Shown piece by piece: positions 34,394 to 47,333 of a DNA stretch of 64,000 bases; position 1 is the stretch's first letter; every line of letters begins with the position of its first letter. The stretch spans positions 17,896,992 to 17,960,991 of the forward strand of contig CM119267.1 in assembly GCA_051294375.1 (NCBI GenBank), given 5' to 3'. The position numbers and the translations under genes were made by a program. The notes beneath the pieces were generated by a model, which was not told the origin of the DNA, did no database searches, and was given only the letters and a program-made list of their open reading frames with translations. Origin of the DNA: Paraspadella gotoi. Lineage: Eukaryota > Animalia > Chaetognatha.

Positions 34394-36623
34394 AGAGAGG
34401 AGAAGAGAAGAGAGAGTGAGAGAGGAGACAACCAACTTTGAGCTTTGACTTCTTTGCTTTCAACGCGGCGAATTAAGGGCAGATAATAAAAATCTAAAGA
34501 GAACTCGCGTTGCATAGGAAGCCGAAGAAGACTTTAAAAAGTCGCTACTCAATTTTTGAATTGCGTAATCTATCTTGATTGGATCTATTCAAAAAAACTT
34601 AAAACACAAAACAAAACGTTTTTGGATAGTACTTCTATATTATTACGTTAAAAGAAAGTTTTTAATTTTTTTTTTTTGGAAGATTAACCGAAAAATTTCC
34701 GTCCTTTCCTATTCACTTCTTCACTTTTCAAACATTCGCCAAGACTCAAATAGTTTTTTTCTCCGGACTTTTTTTATTTTACGGGCAAACGGTCGTCCCT
34801 TTTTTCTCCGCCCCGCGCTCCAATAAAAAGTGAAGCCGGGGCAGGATATGCGTTATTCCTCATCAGATAAATTTCATTCCCGGTAATCCTCCTTCTCCTT
34901 CCTTCTCCTCTTCCCCGCCAGTTTTCTTTTAGGCCACCTCACATTTTTTTTCATCATCGTCTTTAATCTTTCCATTTCAGTCTTTCTGCATCTTTTTTTC
35001 CTCTTCCTTCTCGTTTCGGCCGCTGGTTGTTCCCGCGTCGTCACATGTTAACACGAATCGGCCTCATCTTTTCTCCCACTTTTTGGGTTTATGAGACAAA
35101 ATTTGTTCGTGCAGATTATTTTTTGTTTTTTAAACTTCGTTATCGAGTCAATTTTTTTTTACTTTTGACTCAAATAGAAGAAAACTGATTGGTTACATGT
35201 AAAACAATCAAATTGAAACAGTCGACTTAAAAACGTCTCTCATATCCAGGAACATGAGGCTTTTCTCACCTGGTTGATAAATGCTATCGTATCAATATTT
35301 GAAATGTAACTAAAAATAATGAACCTTAATTTTTTTTTTTATTAAAATTCATTCCTAAATTCCAGCCTTTCGGTCTGTTCTCGTTTGGTTAAATCTCATC
35401 CGAAGTAAAACTATTTCAATTCCTCATGCTCGCGCGCTCGCACGAACTCAGGTGCTCCGCTAAGATTCAGTGCCTCATTTCGCCTGCATGTACGCACGAC
35501 AAATCCGCTCAAAGTTCCGCCTAATGTGTATCATTAACTATCCATTTTAAATGTATTGTTATCTGTCACTCTCTGTAGTTGTTCGCGATTTTGCTGGTTT
35601 GTAGGCTGTATTGGAATGACGTGCCGCTGTGGGCAAGTGGTTAGGAGTGAGTGACACACTTCATGATTCGAAGGGACTTCCCCGGATTCACGATTCCGGT
35701 TTTGGCGAGTCTCGATCGTCGTCATTCACCGTGGGCGTTCTTTCATTCTCATCGCTTCCCCGCGCGGCGAGATGCTTCGACGTCTCAGCGCGAGCATCGC
35801 ATCGTCAGCGAGAAATAAGGAGCGATCGGTCGAAGATCCACAGTTCCCATTTCTTTCTCTTTTCTTCTCTCAGTGCGGCGCGGCGTCACGGTGCGCGACG
35901 TTGGTTAACCGTCTTCTCGAATTTTTTGCTATAGTGTTTTTTAAATTGTACCTTCGATTTCATGATATTTTTCTAATAATTTTTTCGTCATGTTCCGCTT
36001 CACGCATGTCTCTTTCGCCTCTTTTAAACTCACTCTTTCAGATTTCTAGACTTCATTCTGCGTTACCTCATAACTTTTTATCTCTTCTCTTTCCGTCTTC
36101 TTCATTGCAATCTATATTTTCTCTAAAATCACATCTTCTCTCTAATTTTTTCTTCGCCTCAGAAAGTTCTCCATTTCTGTTTCTATCTCTGGGTTGGTTA
36201 TAATCTAGTCTTTCTATTCGTTTCGTCTTCTGTTCTTCCGCTTTTCCCTTTTGTTTTAGTTTTTTCCATTTCAATCGCCGTCATAACCTCAGCCAAGTTT
36301 ACGCTTGTGTTTTGCCTCCATCCAAAGACTTCGGCCATTGATTTCTAGTAATGAATCTGGATAAACACGAAGGCTGGCAATTTCCGAACGTGAACAATGA
36401 ACATAACAATTATGAAACGAATTATCCATTAACTCAAAATAAGTAAGCGCCACTTGGTTCCTGAACTTTGAACAGGCTATGTGACTTAAGGGAGGGTTAA
36501 TACCGTATCTTCTCTACAAGAAGAACAAAACACTACAAGCTTTCGATACAAGAATTTTAAAAAAGTATTTAAAAAAAACAGAATATCCATTGGCAAAAAA
36601 TCGCTTTGTTTTGGTTTTAATGA
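32895..36623. repeat. Right arm of the large inverted duplication (indel-rich copy)
   Basis: Reverse complement of 22801-26075, with indel noise that increases outward. Confidence 0.9.
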
Positions 36624-36689
36624 AATTCAATTAAGTAAATAGTGAGTGCAGGGATGTTCTAGGCCGAATCCCAAGTGGATTTTATTTAC

Positions 36690-39220
36690 TTTACGGCGTG
36701 ACAGAAGGATATAAGACAATATAATAAAGACTGTGCTCTAATTCTTGAGGCAGAGTAAAATCAAAATGTATACAAGTTGGTGTCCTAACTATTATTACTA
36801 CCTCTGGCGAATCGGTTATCGGAGAGTAAGGGAGTAAAGAGGGTATCGTTTGACGCGTCAGCGCGGAAGAATCCACGCCGCATACGGCCCCCTGGGTAGG
36901 TACGATGGCGTCGATCATTTGTCTTTTCCAGACTCAATGAGAATGTTCCATCCAGTACTTCGCGCGGAGTTTGCGCTCGGCGTCGGCAGACCGATTTCGA
37001 TTCTGGAGTCTTGAATTCCTCTGGCGATGCCGATCGCCCCTCCTCAGACGAGCGGCGTACGGCGGTGCAGGTACGGTAGCTGGAGTTGCGCAACCCGCAG
37101 AGGGGGACGACAGATCCTGTTCTGAACTGTTCAAGGCTCAGCAATCTCCCGGTTGGTGTGGTGCCGCATTGGACGAGCAGGGGCGGGCAGGCAGTAGCAG
37201 GCGAATGGCTATGCCTATTATTAGTTGATTAAGGGGATAGGTGGACGAGGATGGTATGAGATTGGTTGCATCTGGCGAAGGCAGTGCCACCCATCTTGGT
37301 AGACTTCTCCAAATATTCTTTTGATTGTTGTATATGAGGATCCCCTCCCAATTTGTCTCCAGCGGTGTTTCGCTGAGCTCACTGCTGTTTTTTTTGTGGG
37401 GTACTGGGTCGTGTCGGGCAAGAAAATTCCCCGACCTTGGAGGTATATTTGTTGTTGTTGTCAGAGACTCGATCGTGAAAGTCGGGGACATTTGCTGTTA
37501 GGCGGACATAATCGTACCGTGTTGTTTCGCGCCGGCCATAGGGCGGGGATATATCAGGCTGCCCAGTGAGTAGATGGGCGGCGGTGAGTAATCGGTCGTT
37601 GTTGGATGACAGTAAATCACATGAATGAGTGGATGGCATGGCGGAATGCTTCCTGGTCCTCTGAAGGTTATGGGGAGATTCAGGTGGTAACAAGTTCTTC
37701 GTTTTCGAATGTGAGCGAGACGTCCTGGATCACATTTGGCAGTGGACGCAATATTCGCGTCTCTTAGGATTGCGATTACCCCGTCTTTTTAGAGAAATGT
37801 TGTCGAGGTGGGGTTGTTATGGGCAATGGATTGCTAGGCTCGCTTGTGCTGTCTGGGACCTTGAGGTTCGGCAGATCTCTTTTCCGCATCGCTTTGGGAG
37901 AGGCCACGAGGTTTACTGGTTGTCCAGCGCCAGCTTTGAATCCTGGTCTCCGCAAGGCTGTACGAGACTTTTCGTCGGGAGGTCAGAGTTTCACGCGTGA
38001 CGTGTGTTTGTGAAAATAAAGTGAGGACGCAGCCACTGTCTCCTCCGATCGCTGATCGGTCACACCCAGAGCACGTCTGTTGTTTTTCCATCGCACTGCG
38101 GAGCGTAAAAACGAATCCTTATGTTCTGTTTCACAAATAGGGCTTGCGCGAGCGTTCAATAAATTGGCTGGGCAGTGATCCCGGGGCTTCAGGATGAAGG
38201 GAGCTGAGGCATTGGTTTCCAGGGCAGCTGGAAGCATTCTTTAATGCCTTACTGTCCTTTGGCATTTTGGGTGTTTTTCCGGTTTTTCTCAGGTGTGCAG
38301 TTCTTCAGTGGTTGGCTCTCTAATCTCCCGTCGGGTGGGCTCCGGATGGAACCCCGTCGGCGCCTGCGAGCTATTGGTCCTGCATTCGGCCCCGCGATAT
38401 CTCGACAAGTTGGATCATTTGCAGGGCAAGGATTCGTACGGGTAGGATGGCATATATGATGTGCTGCACTGATCACAATCGGTTTGGTCTCGGCATGTTG
38501 TTGAGGTTTGGATAGCTGGATCTTTTGCTCGTAGAGGGTGAGGTGTAATGTGAGGTGTTGCACGCTCACCAATCCAACCTACATATAGTCATAGAAAAAT
38601 TAAATTTTTCGGCCGTGACAAGTAAAACCATTAGCCGCGTCGGTTGTGCCACTTCGTAAGTAGCTGATTAAGTCCAGATTTGCTTCCTTTGATCCTTGTG
38701 GTTTCCATCGTTCGCAGCTCGATTTGCCAATCTTACTGGGATGCTTCTCGCAGGGAGACGCCTTGTCTCCTTTGTGGGAGGTTCAGGCTAATTGGCTTCT
38801 TGTGAGGTAAAATGTCCACAGCTTTTAGAATTTTGGGGTAACATGGGGATGGACCACCATGCGCCAACACACCTTCCAGAGGCCATGGACTATTGTGAGA
38901 TCCATGATATGTTCACCTTTCCCCGCATCGTGTTTCTTCTTTCCGGGGGTAAAAACTAAACATCGCCGAGCGCATGATCTCTTCATGTGACCTGTTTGCA
39001 TGTTTATCGCGTTGGGGGTTGCGGGTTCTCCCCGCAAGCCCCCCCCATAAGTCGCTGAGGCGGTGGGTTTGACGGTCATTGTTGCAATCATATATTTTGT
39101 GTTATAGTGAGTCTTGGGTTGGTGGTATTGTTTGTCCTCTTTTTTCTGGGGTTGCTGAACTCTCGGTGACGAGAGTGAGGCCGCAGGCCGAAGATGACGA
39201 CTAAAATTCATCTTACCTTT
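36690..39220 (-). mobile_element. Possible degenerate or noisily sequenced retroelement fragment
   Basis: A ~2.5-kb, roughly GC-balanced block with no splice structure. Short peptides only loosely recall retroelement motifs (ERKLRAKYW, cf. Penelope GIY-YIG C-terminus; HKDSFLRSAVRW, cf. LINE ORF2 C-terminus). No RT core was found. Confidence 0.2.
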
Positions 39221-39223
39221 CAT

Positions 39224-39470
39224 ATTTTTTGGATCTTTTTTAGAAATAGTCTTAAAAAGACTTTGTGGGGTTAGTCTTTAAAAGACTCTTTTGGTTATTA
39301 TGATATTTTTTTTGATCTTTTTAGAATAGTCCATTTATTGAAAAAGACTTTTGGCTAGTCCTTTAAAAAAAAGACTCTTTTGGTTATTCTATATTTTATT
39401 TGGATCTATTTGTAGGAATAGTCCTTGAAAAAGACTTTTGGGCTTAGCTTTAAAAGACTTTTGATTTGGT
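39224..39470 (+). repeat. Degenerate ~80-bp tandem repeat, about three copies
   Basis: Recurring GATCT.TT.TAG.AATAGTC...AAAAGACTTT.GG..TAG.CTTTAAAAGACT. Confidence 0.7.
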
Positions 39471-39964
39471 TTCTTTTCTTTTCTTCTTGAGAGCAGAGAG
39501 AGAGATCACAATTTATATTTTTTTTGTTTTCTCTGGAGAGGTAGGGTTTGAGAGAGAGGCCAATATCTCCGAATGAAGTTTGCTTGTCCTGCCTGGTGCA
39601 GGCCTTTTTAAATATCCTTCGATTTTTCTCGGCATTCTTTCTGTCTTTGGCTTTTTTTTGTGTGACGACGGGTGCTTTTCGTTGGATGCTTTGTTGCTTC
39701 TCTCCCGTCTCGCGTCGTTTTGGACGTCTTTTGTTTATCTTGTTCTTCGTGAGCATTTGTTCCTCCTGTATGGTTTTTCGCCTCTCGCGTCTTTTTGTGT
39801 TCGTTTTGAGGACGTCTTTTTGTTTATCTTGGTTTTGCTATGGCTTTTTTTTTTTTTTGGTTTCCGCTCTTCGCGGTCTTTTGTGTTCTACTTCTATTAT
39901 AACGTCATTTTGTATTTACCTGAGATTGGGGATTGAAAAAGAGGAAATAAAAAGGAAAAAAAAA

Positions 39965-40970
39965 AAGGTACCCGAACACGCTTTCTCGATCGACTATCGG
40001 AAATTCCTCAAGTATTTTACTGTCTAACCAGTCTTCTCGAATGCCCCATACTTTAAATATGCGTTATTCCATAAATCATCGGACGTCGATTAATTCGTCG
40101 AAGAAAGAGTCATGTTGTCGTCAACACCTTGGATCCGCCGACACGATCCGGGCCGAGACACGCACCATCACGGGATTTTCGATCGGCATCCCCGCGTCGC
40201 CGAGAGACTCGAGGATCGGAATCGAGGACGTGGGAAATTCGACGCCCGGCCCGGACGATGACGTTATGGCAGCAACTGGGTGGAGGAGGAGGAAGAGGAG
40301 GAGCGGGAGGAGGAAGAAAAATCGGACAAGGATGTAAAAGTTTCAGAGTTAGTAGCAAGGAACATGAAATCTGAAGCGGGTCCAGATGCTACTTTGCTTT
40401 AGGAAGTTTCTTTACTTTATATTTTCTTTAAACTCGTTCAAAAAGTTTTCTTTTATCGAAAGAAAAGGAACTATGTTCCCAGGCTTGTTTGTTCCATTGG
40501 TTAAATTTAATATTGAATAAACCGCAAGCCAGCTACAAGATAATTTAAAAACTATGAACTTAAAATCTTTATTCTATAAGCTTAAAACTATAAAAATAAT
40601 AAAAGAAGAAAAAAGAATTCATAATAAGTTCTTTGTCAATTAAGTTTGGCCGATCGTTCAGCTTAGATCAATCAGAGGAAATGTTAGGTCTAATGTTTCA
40701 AAAAATATTTTCATCCTCCTAGATATTCGTTTTCTGGATGAGCAAAGTTTATCCCGTCGCCAATTGACCCTTAAAAGAACGAGTTTCCAAGAGATAGGGT
40801 TCTGTATTTTCCAAACAAGGACCCTGTTCTCATATGACCGCTCTTCCCAGTTGAACCCAACTGGCGTTCGAACTCCTTCGTCCCGCGATTTTCGTGTTTA
40901 CACCTGTACACAAACCCGTCGTCATGACGACCTTCCCGTTCGTGACGCCGGGGTCCGGAAATGTCCAAAA
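39965..40970 (-). other. Possible coding exons of a minus-strand gene, disrupted by frameshifts and stops (noisy sequence or pseudogene)
   Basis: GC-richer, codon-like blocks (e.g. HDSFFDELIDV...RIFKVWGIREDWLDSKILEEFPIVDRESVFG ending at a GT; FWTFPDPGVTNGKVVMTTG), but the frames break and no family is recognised. Confidence 0.25.
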
Positions 40971-41723
40971 TACAGAGGGAATCGATTTTTAAAGGGCAGG
41001 GGGAACCGAATATTAATTGAAATCGTTCTCAGTTAACTACAAAACATAACAATTATTCGAATATGAAAATAATAGATATTTTCTCATCTTAAATAATAAA
41101 TTTAAATAATAAAATCTCTTTAAAAAAGTAAGCAAAATTGCTCCGCCTTCTTCGTGGCGTGTACAAGTGTACATGGTCGTTCTAATAAGGTCTCGGGGTA
41201 GGGAAGAAGTAGGTCGGACTAACACACTCTCTCTCTCTCTCCTCTTTCTCTCTCTCTGCCTCTTCTCTCTCTCCTCTCTCTGTCGATGCGCCGGCGTTTT
41301 GCCCATTCCCCACCTCATTCATTTTGTCTCTCGTTGTCCTATCGCTTCTTTGACTTATAATAAAGTGTATATTTTATTTGTTTGAAGAAAAGAGAAAAAA
41401 TGATTATATATATATAAACACCGCATAAAATTATTTGTATCCAATTATGAAATACCAGCTTGTTATTTTTGGATTAAAGAAAGGCATATATTTATTATAA
41501 TATAGTTTTAACCAACTTGTCAAACAAAGCACTACTGATTGCTTCTGTATTGTCAATAACGTATTATCTCCTTTTTCCCATACAACCGGCCCTGCTCGTG
41601 CTACTTTTTAATTTTCATTCTCCCATCCGATCAAATCCATATCTTTTCCTCCACTCAGATCCTCAAAAAGAATTTTTGAATCTCTTCTCCGAATTAGAGA
41701 AAAAAAAACAAAAGGGAAGCGTC

Positions 41724-44700
41724 ATGGCTTTGCTCGAGACGCGCGTCCGTCTTTTTCTTTCTTTTCGCGTCGGCGTCGCTTACTTCGAGTCGAGTGAGGC
41801 CCCTGCCAACCAAATCCCAGGGGTCCGTCTTCATCCGCTGCCCAGAATGATCTCACGGTCTTTTGTCGCACCGCTCTCGACTTACTCCAGCAGAGGTAAG
41901 TCGTTTCTGCGTATTATTGACGGCCACTATTCTAAAAAGGGTAAAGTGAATCTCCAACCCCAGTATCCTTGGCTTAATAATGCGTTTTGTATTAAATAAA
42001 TATTTTTTTAAAAAAACCATTAACGACAATTTTCGGCATTGTTGAGTAATTTCCGATTTCGACTTTGTTTTTTTTTTTTCTTCGAGATCTGTCCTGGCCA
42101 GGCATCCGAGGGAATCAATGGCTGGTGTCCGGCCCGTTGGGTATAGGACGGGAGAGTGGTGGTGGTGGGGGATGTGGGGTAGGAGTGGTAGGGCGCTGGG
42201 GTGCAGTGTAGAGGTGGTATGGCGGCGGCTGGGTGGCGGTCGGGAGTCGAGGTGTAATGGCGGCGCGGCTGGGTGGCCGGTGGTGGAGGAGGGTGGTTAA
42301 TGGCCGGCGGCTGCGGTAGCTGTGGTGGAGGGTGGTATGTGACGGCGGGTGGCGGTGGTAAGGGGTAGGCGGCGTCTGGGGTCCGTAGTGGGAGGCGGCG
42401 GCCATGGCGGCGGTGGGTCAAGGCTCAGGCCGCGCCATTTGGGGTCCTTGGACGCCTTGGTCTCGTTGTTCAGCATATTGCGGAACGGGAACCCGACATC
42501 GTCAGCGAAATTGCATGGAAGGCTCAACGCAAGTGGGAATGCCAATGCCCATGCGCAGGATGATGATGATGAGGATGATTAGGATGATCATGGAAATGTA
42601 CATGAAGGAAATGCAAGGCGGGCCAAGCCATAACGGCGGGGAGGACCATCCTGACGAGAGTAGGGAGCACAGTGATCACCATGAACCACGCTTTCCTGAC
42701 CATCGCCACGAGTCAAGGGAGCAAGACAGCGACGAACATGGATCTAATGGGAATCATAATGGCGGACATGGATCCAACGGGTATTATAGCAGCCAGGGAA
42801 ATTCGCTAGAAGATCTCGTGAAAAATATAATGAATATGATGAAAATAATGGGCTACGACGGAGGTATGGGAGGCTATGGAGATATGGGAGGCAATGGAAG
42901 TATGGGAGGCAATGGTGGTATGGGAGGCAATGGAGATATGGGAGGCAATGGTGGTATGGGAGGCTTTGGAGACATGGGAGGCAATGGAGGTATGGGAGGC
43001 ATGGATGGCAACGAAGACATGCAAAGGATCATGGCAATCATGCAACTTCGCGGTAACATGGGAGGCATGGAAAACATGATGAACCCTCTCATGGAAATCA
43101 TGAATCGTTTTGGAGATGGTGAAATGCCCGGCATGGAAGACATAATGAAATTGCTCATGGGAGCCATGATGGGAATGGGGGACGATCCAAGCGAGGAACA
43201 TGGAATGGGCGGCATGAAAAACATGCAACGCATGGAAATGATGCGGAAAATGATGGCGTATCATGGATCCAAAAAAGGAGGATGCAATGGAGACGGTACG
43301 ATATATATAATTAATATATAATATATAATCATATATTGTTGTTTCAGTCAGGGAGATTTATTTAAGTGTCCATACTCGATAGCTTTTTGACAGTTAAAAA
43401 AAAACCAGTCTATATTACTATATTCTTATTACTTTACTATATTCCCCTTCCCAATGTTTGTCGAGGCCTTGAAGGACTGAAGTTAATGATTCATAAGTAC
43501 CAATTTCATAAAAGTCAGCTCCGTGTATTTTGTTGCTAGTGCGGAGTACAATAAGTATTACCCGATCTAATACTTAAGCGAGTGGTCTTTTCATACAACT
43601 GAAACATTCTTTGAAATATTATTCCACTTCATTGATAAGGGAAGCGAGATACTCTGAGAGTGAACAATTTCATACAATACTATATTAATATTTATACATG
43701 TACTTAAATGTTTTTTATGAATATATCGGTTTTTTTATTGCAGATAAGCAAATAGGCCAATGCTTTGGAGTTAAATGCCCGGGAGGATTTACTCCGTGGT
43801 ATCCGAGGAACGTAAGTATTCATGAAAGATTTGCAGATGCGTTTTAAATCAAGCTTTAACAGTTTAATCACGACACAAAATTTATATTATTTGATCTAAG
43901 TCTAAACTTTGTTTTGGATATAATATTGTATAATATTGTATATTGTATAACCTATGGCTATGTATTTAAAAATTGTTAAGTTTTAAGTTATCCCCAACAA
44001 ACCCTGAATCATCTCTAATACTAACAAAATGACCCCAAAAAAATCACCTTACACGAAGCACTCCGCTTAATGACAAAAGCTTCTTTCACGCAACTTTTAC
44101 ACAGCCTTGCCATTCTCCGTGCCACGACGGCAAGCGACTCTTCTTTAGATTGAGAAAGGGAGATATGGAATCAAAGGAAAAAGATTGTGATGAAGATGAT
44201 TGTCCACACGCTCCTTGCACCGGTGACGGGTGCCCTCCCTGCCACGGCCCTCAATGTCCCCAATCCACTGACGCTCCTCATTTCTGCTCCATAGAGGGAA
44301 AATGGAGCAAGTGCTTGGCGACCGACGGCGATTGCAAAAAACATCGCCACTGGGGATGTTATAGCATGCCAGGATGCCAAGGTAACGCGCTAAAGGACGT
44401 CGCGTAAATAAATTGTTTAAATATATATCCACTCTCGCATTGATTGGGGTAAAAAATTAATCGAGGGAGAAGATACAAAGTGGAGAATTGGTCAGTTTAT
44501 TTGTACGATTAACACGTGTAAACTTTTAGGATTTTCCCAGTACTTATAGCCATTAGCCAACCTTTGCATGTAATCCACGACAAATAACAAAAATTAGTAA
44601 AGACTCCTAATCGGTTTTTATTTAATCATTAAAAAAGATTTTTTGCAAATCCCAAATTGAATTTCGTAAAGGCTGCGAGGAGAAGACTGAAGAAGAAGAA

Positions 44701-46100
44701 TGCGATCGCGAGGAATGTCCCGACCTGTGGTCCGAATGGAGCGACTGCTACGCCAAACATGATTGCGGAACCGGGGTCAAATACAGAAATACAAAGTGCA
44801 AAATAGAAAAGAATGAAACCTCCGGTGCATATTTTATCGAAGGTAAACGAAATCAAAAAAATATTTCCTCACGCTCTCATTATTATTCAAATTTTTTAAA
44901 TCCATCCTACTTGAGAAGCCTCAACTTCTGCCTCCGCCTTTGAAAGGCCAATACTTTTCTGACTAAAACTTTTTTTAAATTTCAGANNNNNNNNNNTTAG
45001 TCCACCATAGGCCAATACTTTTCTGACTTGAACTTTTTTAAATTTCAGACGCTTCCGATTGCATCGAATATAAACCCTGCCAACTCGATCCCTGCAACGG
45101 AACTGCGTACGACTGGACTTCATGTGTGGGGGTGTGTGAAGGACACCGGTACAAATATAATAACTGTAAGTAACCAATAGAGTGGAGCACTGGGGAACAT
45201 AAATTTTATTTGAGTGAACAAACAAGGATATTTAGACGTGAGATAATATGATTAAGGAGTACAAAAAATATTTTGCTTATATTGTTTGGGGAACAGTATC
45301 ATTAATTACAATATATTTATAGTAATATCCTTATAAAATCATAAATTTTCAGAATATTTTTTTTTAATTTTTATTAATGATTCTGATTCTTTACAAAAAG
45401 TTAGATCAAAAATATATAATATGTTATTAAAAATTTCAATATCTTCAGCGTCAAAAATCGAAAAAAAAGGTTAAATTCTCCACTTTTTTACGCTTTGTAG
45501 TAGAAACTGTTATATGATGAAACGTTTTTGTCATTTTTTGCAGCTTTAACCTAAAAATATCATGTAACATATTTAACAAAAGTTTGTCAGTTTTTTCCGG
45601 CGAATATAAAACTGTTCTTAAAATAAAAAAAATATGATTTTGAAATTTTATGATTTTATAAGGATATTACTATAAAAAAAATTCAATTAATGATACTGTT
45701 ATGCAAATTTTTTTGGAAAAAGGGCTTAATTATTTTATATTACATATACAAAGGCAGCAAAAAAACATTGTTCCATCGCTCAATCTTTTCATCACTCCGC
45801 TCTAGTAACCAACCCAACTTAAGATGTGCCTCACTCAGTCACTGCATCAGCTAGCCGTGATAGTTCAGGGATCCTCGTAACAAAGAATTAAGTCGTTTGG
45901 TTTAAATGAATTAATTTTATATTAACTTACTTAAAAAGCAATTACAAAGACGGAAAGCTTTGTTTACAAACAAAACGAGAGTATGTTACATCAAACGTAT
46001 TACATACATCCAAATAAACAGTAATAAAACGGACAACTGACTTGAAGAAGGAGAAGCGTAACAATATTAAAAAGTGTATAATAATAATCGAATACGACGT

Positions 46101-46168
<68 letters not shown>

Positions 46169-47333
46169 AACCGCCGACGACGACGACAATGACGACGAAG
46201 ATAGAGGCTTCACTGTATTTTGGTGAAGGGGATCTTTGTGACTTAAGGTTATGTTAATGACTGAGGTCAATTCGAGTCACCAGAATAGAATACATGAAAT
46301 TTACAAACTTACCGAGATATTCTGTCGATTTGTGATGGGTCTACACGATGTTTATCACTTAATGGTGACTAGCGATTTTTTGTTCATTAAAAAATCTACG
46401 TACAGGTTCAAAAGAAGGACCCGGCTGCAAGGAGTTTGATGAAAAAGACTGCAAGGATACGAATTGCAATGGAATGGGCGACGACCATCACGATTGCATA
46501 TTGGAGTGTTCAATTCAAAACAATACGTGCATAGGTCAGTGTAACCAAAATAATATCAATTCATACTGACGATTTTCTATATTTCTCGTTTCAAGTTGAT
46601 TGACTGATTAATTATTTGATTGACTCATTTATCAATTCATTGATTCAATTGATTCTTAGACGCTGAGAATTAGTACTCAAAATTAATCGCCGTAAACCTT
46701 ACATTTTACTGCTTTTGGTCAATAGGTACTCTTTATTCTTTAATGAATAATATATAAATACATATACATATATACATATAGAGGTTGAACCAAACAATTT
46801 TCTCACTTATCTCAACTCATATATTAAGTATTAGTTTTAATTTCCTGGCCTTGTACTTTTTTAACATTTTTTTTTTTCAAAATTAGCTATATCTTGCGAA
46901 AACGACTATCTTCCACCACTGATGATTCTATGCGAGAATGAAAATTGTGATATGGGCAATGGAACTATGAACACGACGTCCCCTCCTACTCCTCCATATC
47001 CTCGTTCTCCGTGAGTGAATTGATATAATCTTTCGTATTGGGGCCTTCATGCCGATTGTCTCCTGTCAAACAAGGCGACGCTCAACTCGCTTAGATTTTT
47101 GCTTAAAGTGAAAACTGCGTCGTCGGGCATTGCGTCCAAGTTAACCCTGCCTAATAAACACGGTTGTTTCAAGTCAATGATCCTTACCATTGCTTGCCAG
47201 CGGTCGGAGAAGTCTTCAGCCCTCGTTGCCCTTTATGCACAGTTTGCACACTCAGTGCTTTGGCTTATGCGAATTGTTGTATTTATGTATTTATACGCAT
47301 AGATAATTTTATAGAATTATATTTTACAGGTAA
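41724..47333 (+). CDS. Probably secreted thrombospondin type-1 repeat (TSR) protein with a large Met/Gly/His-rich insert
   Basis: Phase-consistent exons: ~42404-43295 (WGPWTPWSRCSAYCGTGTRHRQRNC...), 43744-43811, 44105-44381, 44672-44842 (WSEWSDCYAKHDCGTGVKYR), 45049-45165, 46406-46534, 46887-47010, 47330-47333 (G-TAA). The probable first exon (~41724-41895, hydrophobic start, donor GTAAGT) and the Gly-rich region 42090-42400 lie in noisy sequence, so the 5' end is uncertain. Confidence 0.8.
43497..43646 (-). repeat. Inverted partial copy of the 58.1-kb repeat family in a TSR-gene intron
   Basis: Reverse complement of ~58293-58440 (GTATTTTG.TGCTAGTGCGGAGTACAATAAGTATT...CCGATCTAATACTTAAG). Confidence 0.8.
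45178..45804 (+). mobile_element. Non-autonomous hAT-type DNA transposon (MITE) in an intron of the TSR gene
   Basis: Terminal inverted repeats TAGAGTGGAG / CTCCGCTCTA (1 mismatch), flanked by a perfect 8-bp direct repeat GTAACCAA (45170-45177 and 45805-45812). An internal ~60-bp inverted repeat spans 45292-45355 / 45634-45700. Confidence 0.75.

Noticed and set aside
42020-43264. His/Pro-rich minus-strand ORFs opposite the TSR gene (similar antisense ORFs occur over the Ig and SLC17 exons)
   Set aside because: They are antisense shadows of real GC-rich or repetitive coding exons.
44946-45049. Duplicated acceptor region around an N-gap in the TSR gene
   Set aside because: Gap-adjacent and likely a haplotype or overlap artefact; exon phases join without an extra exon.
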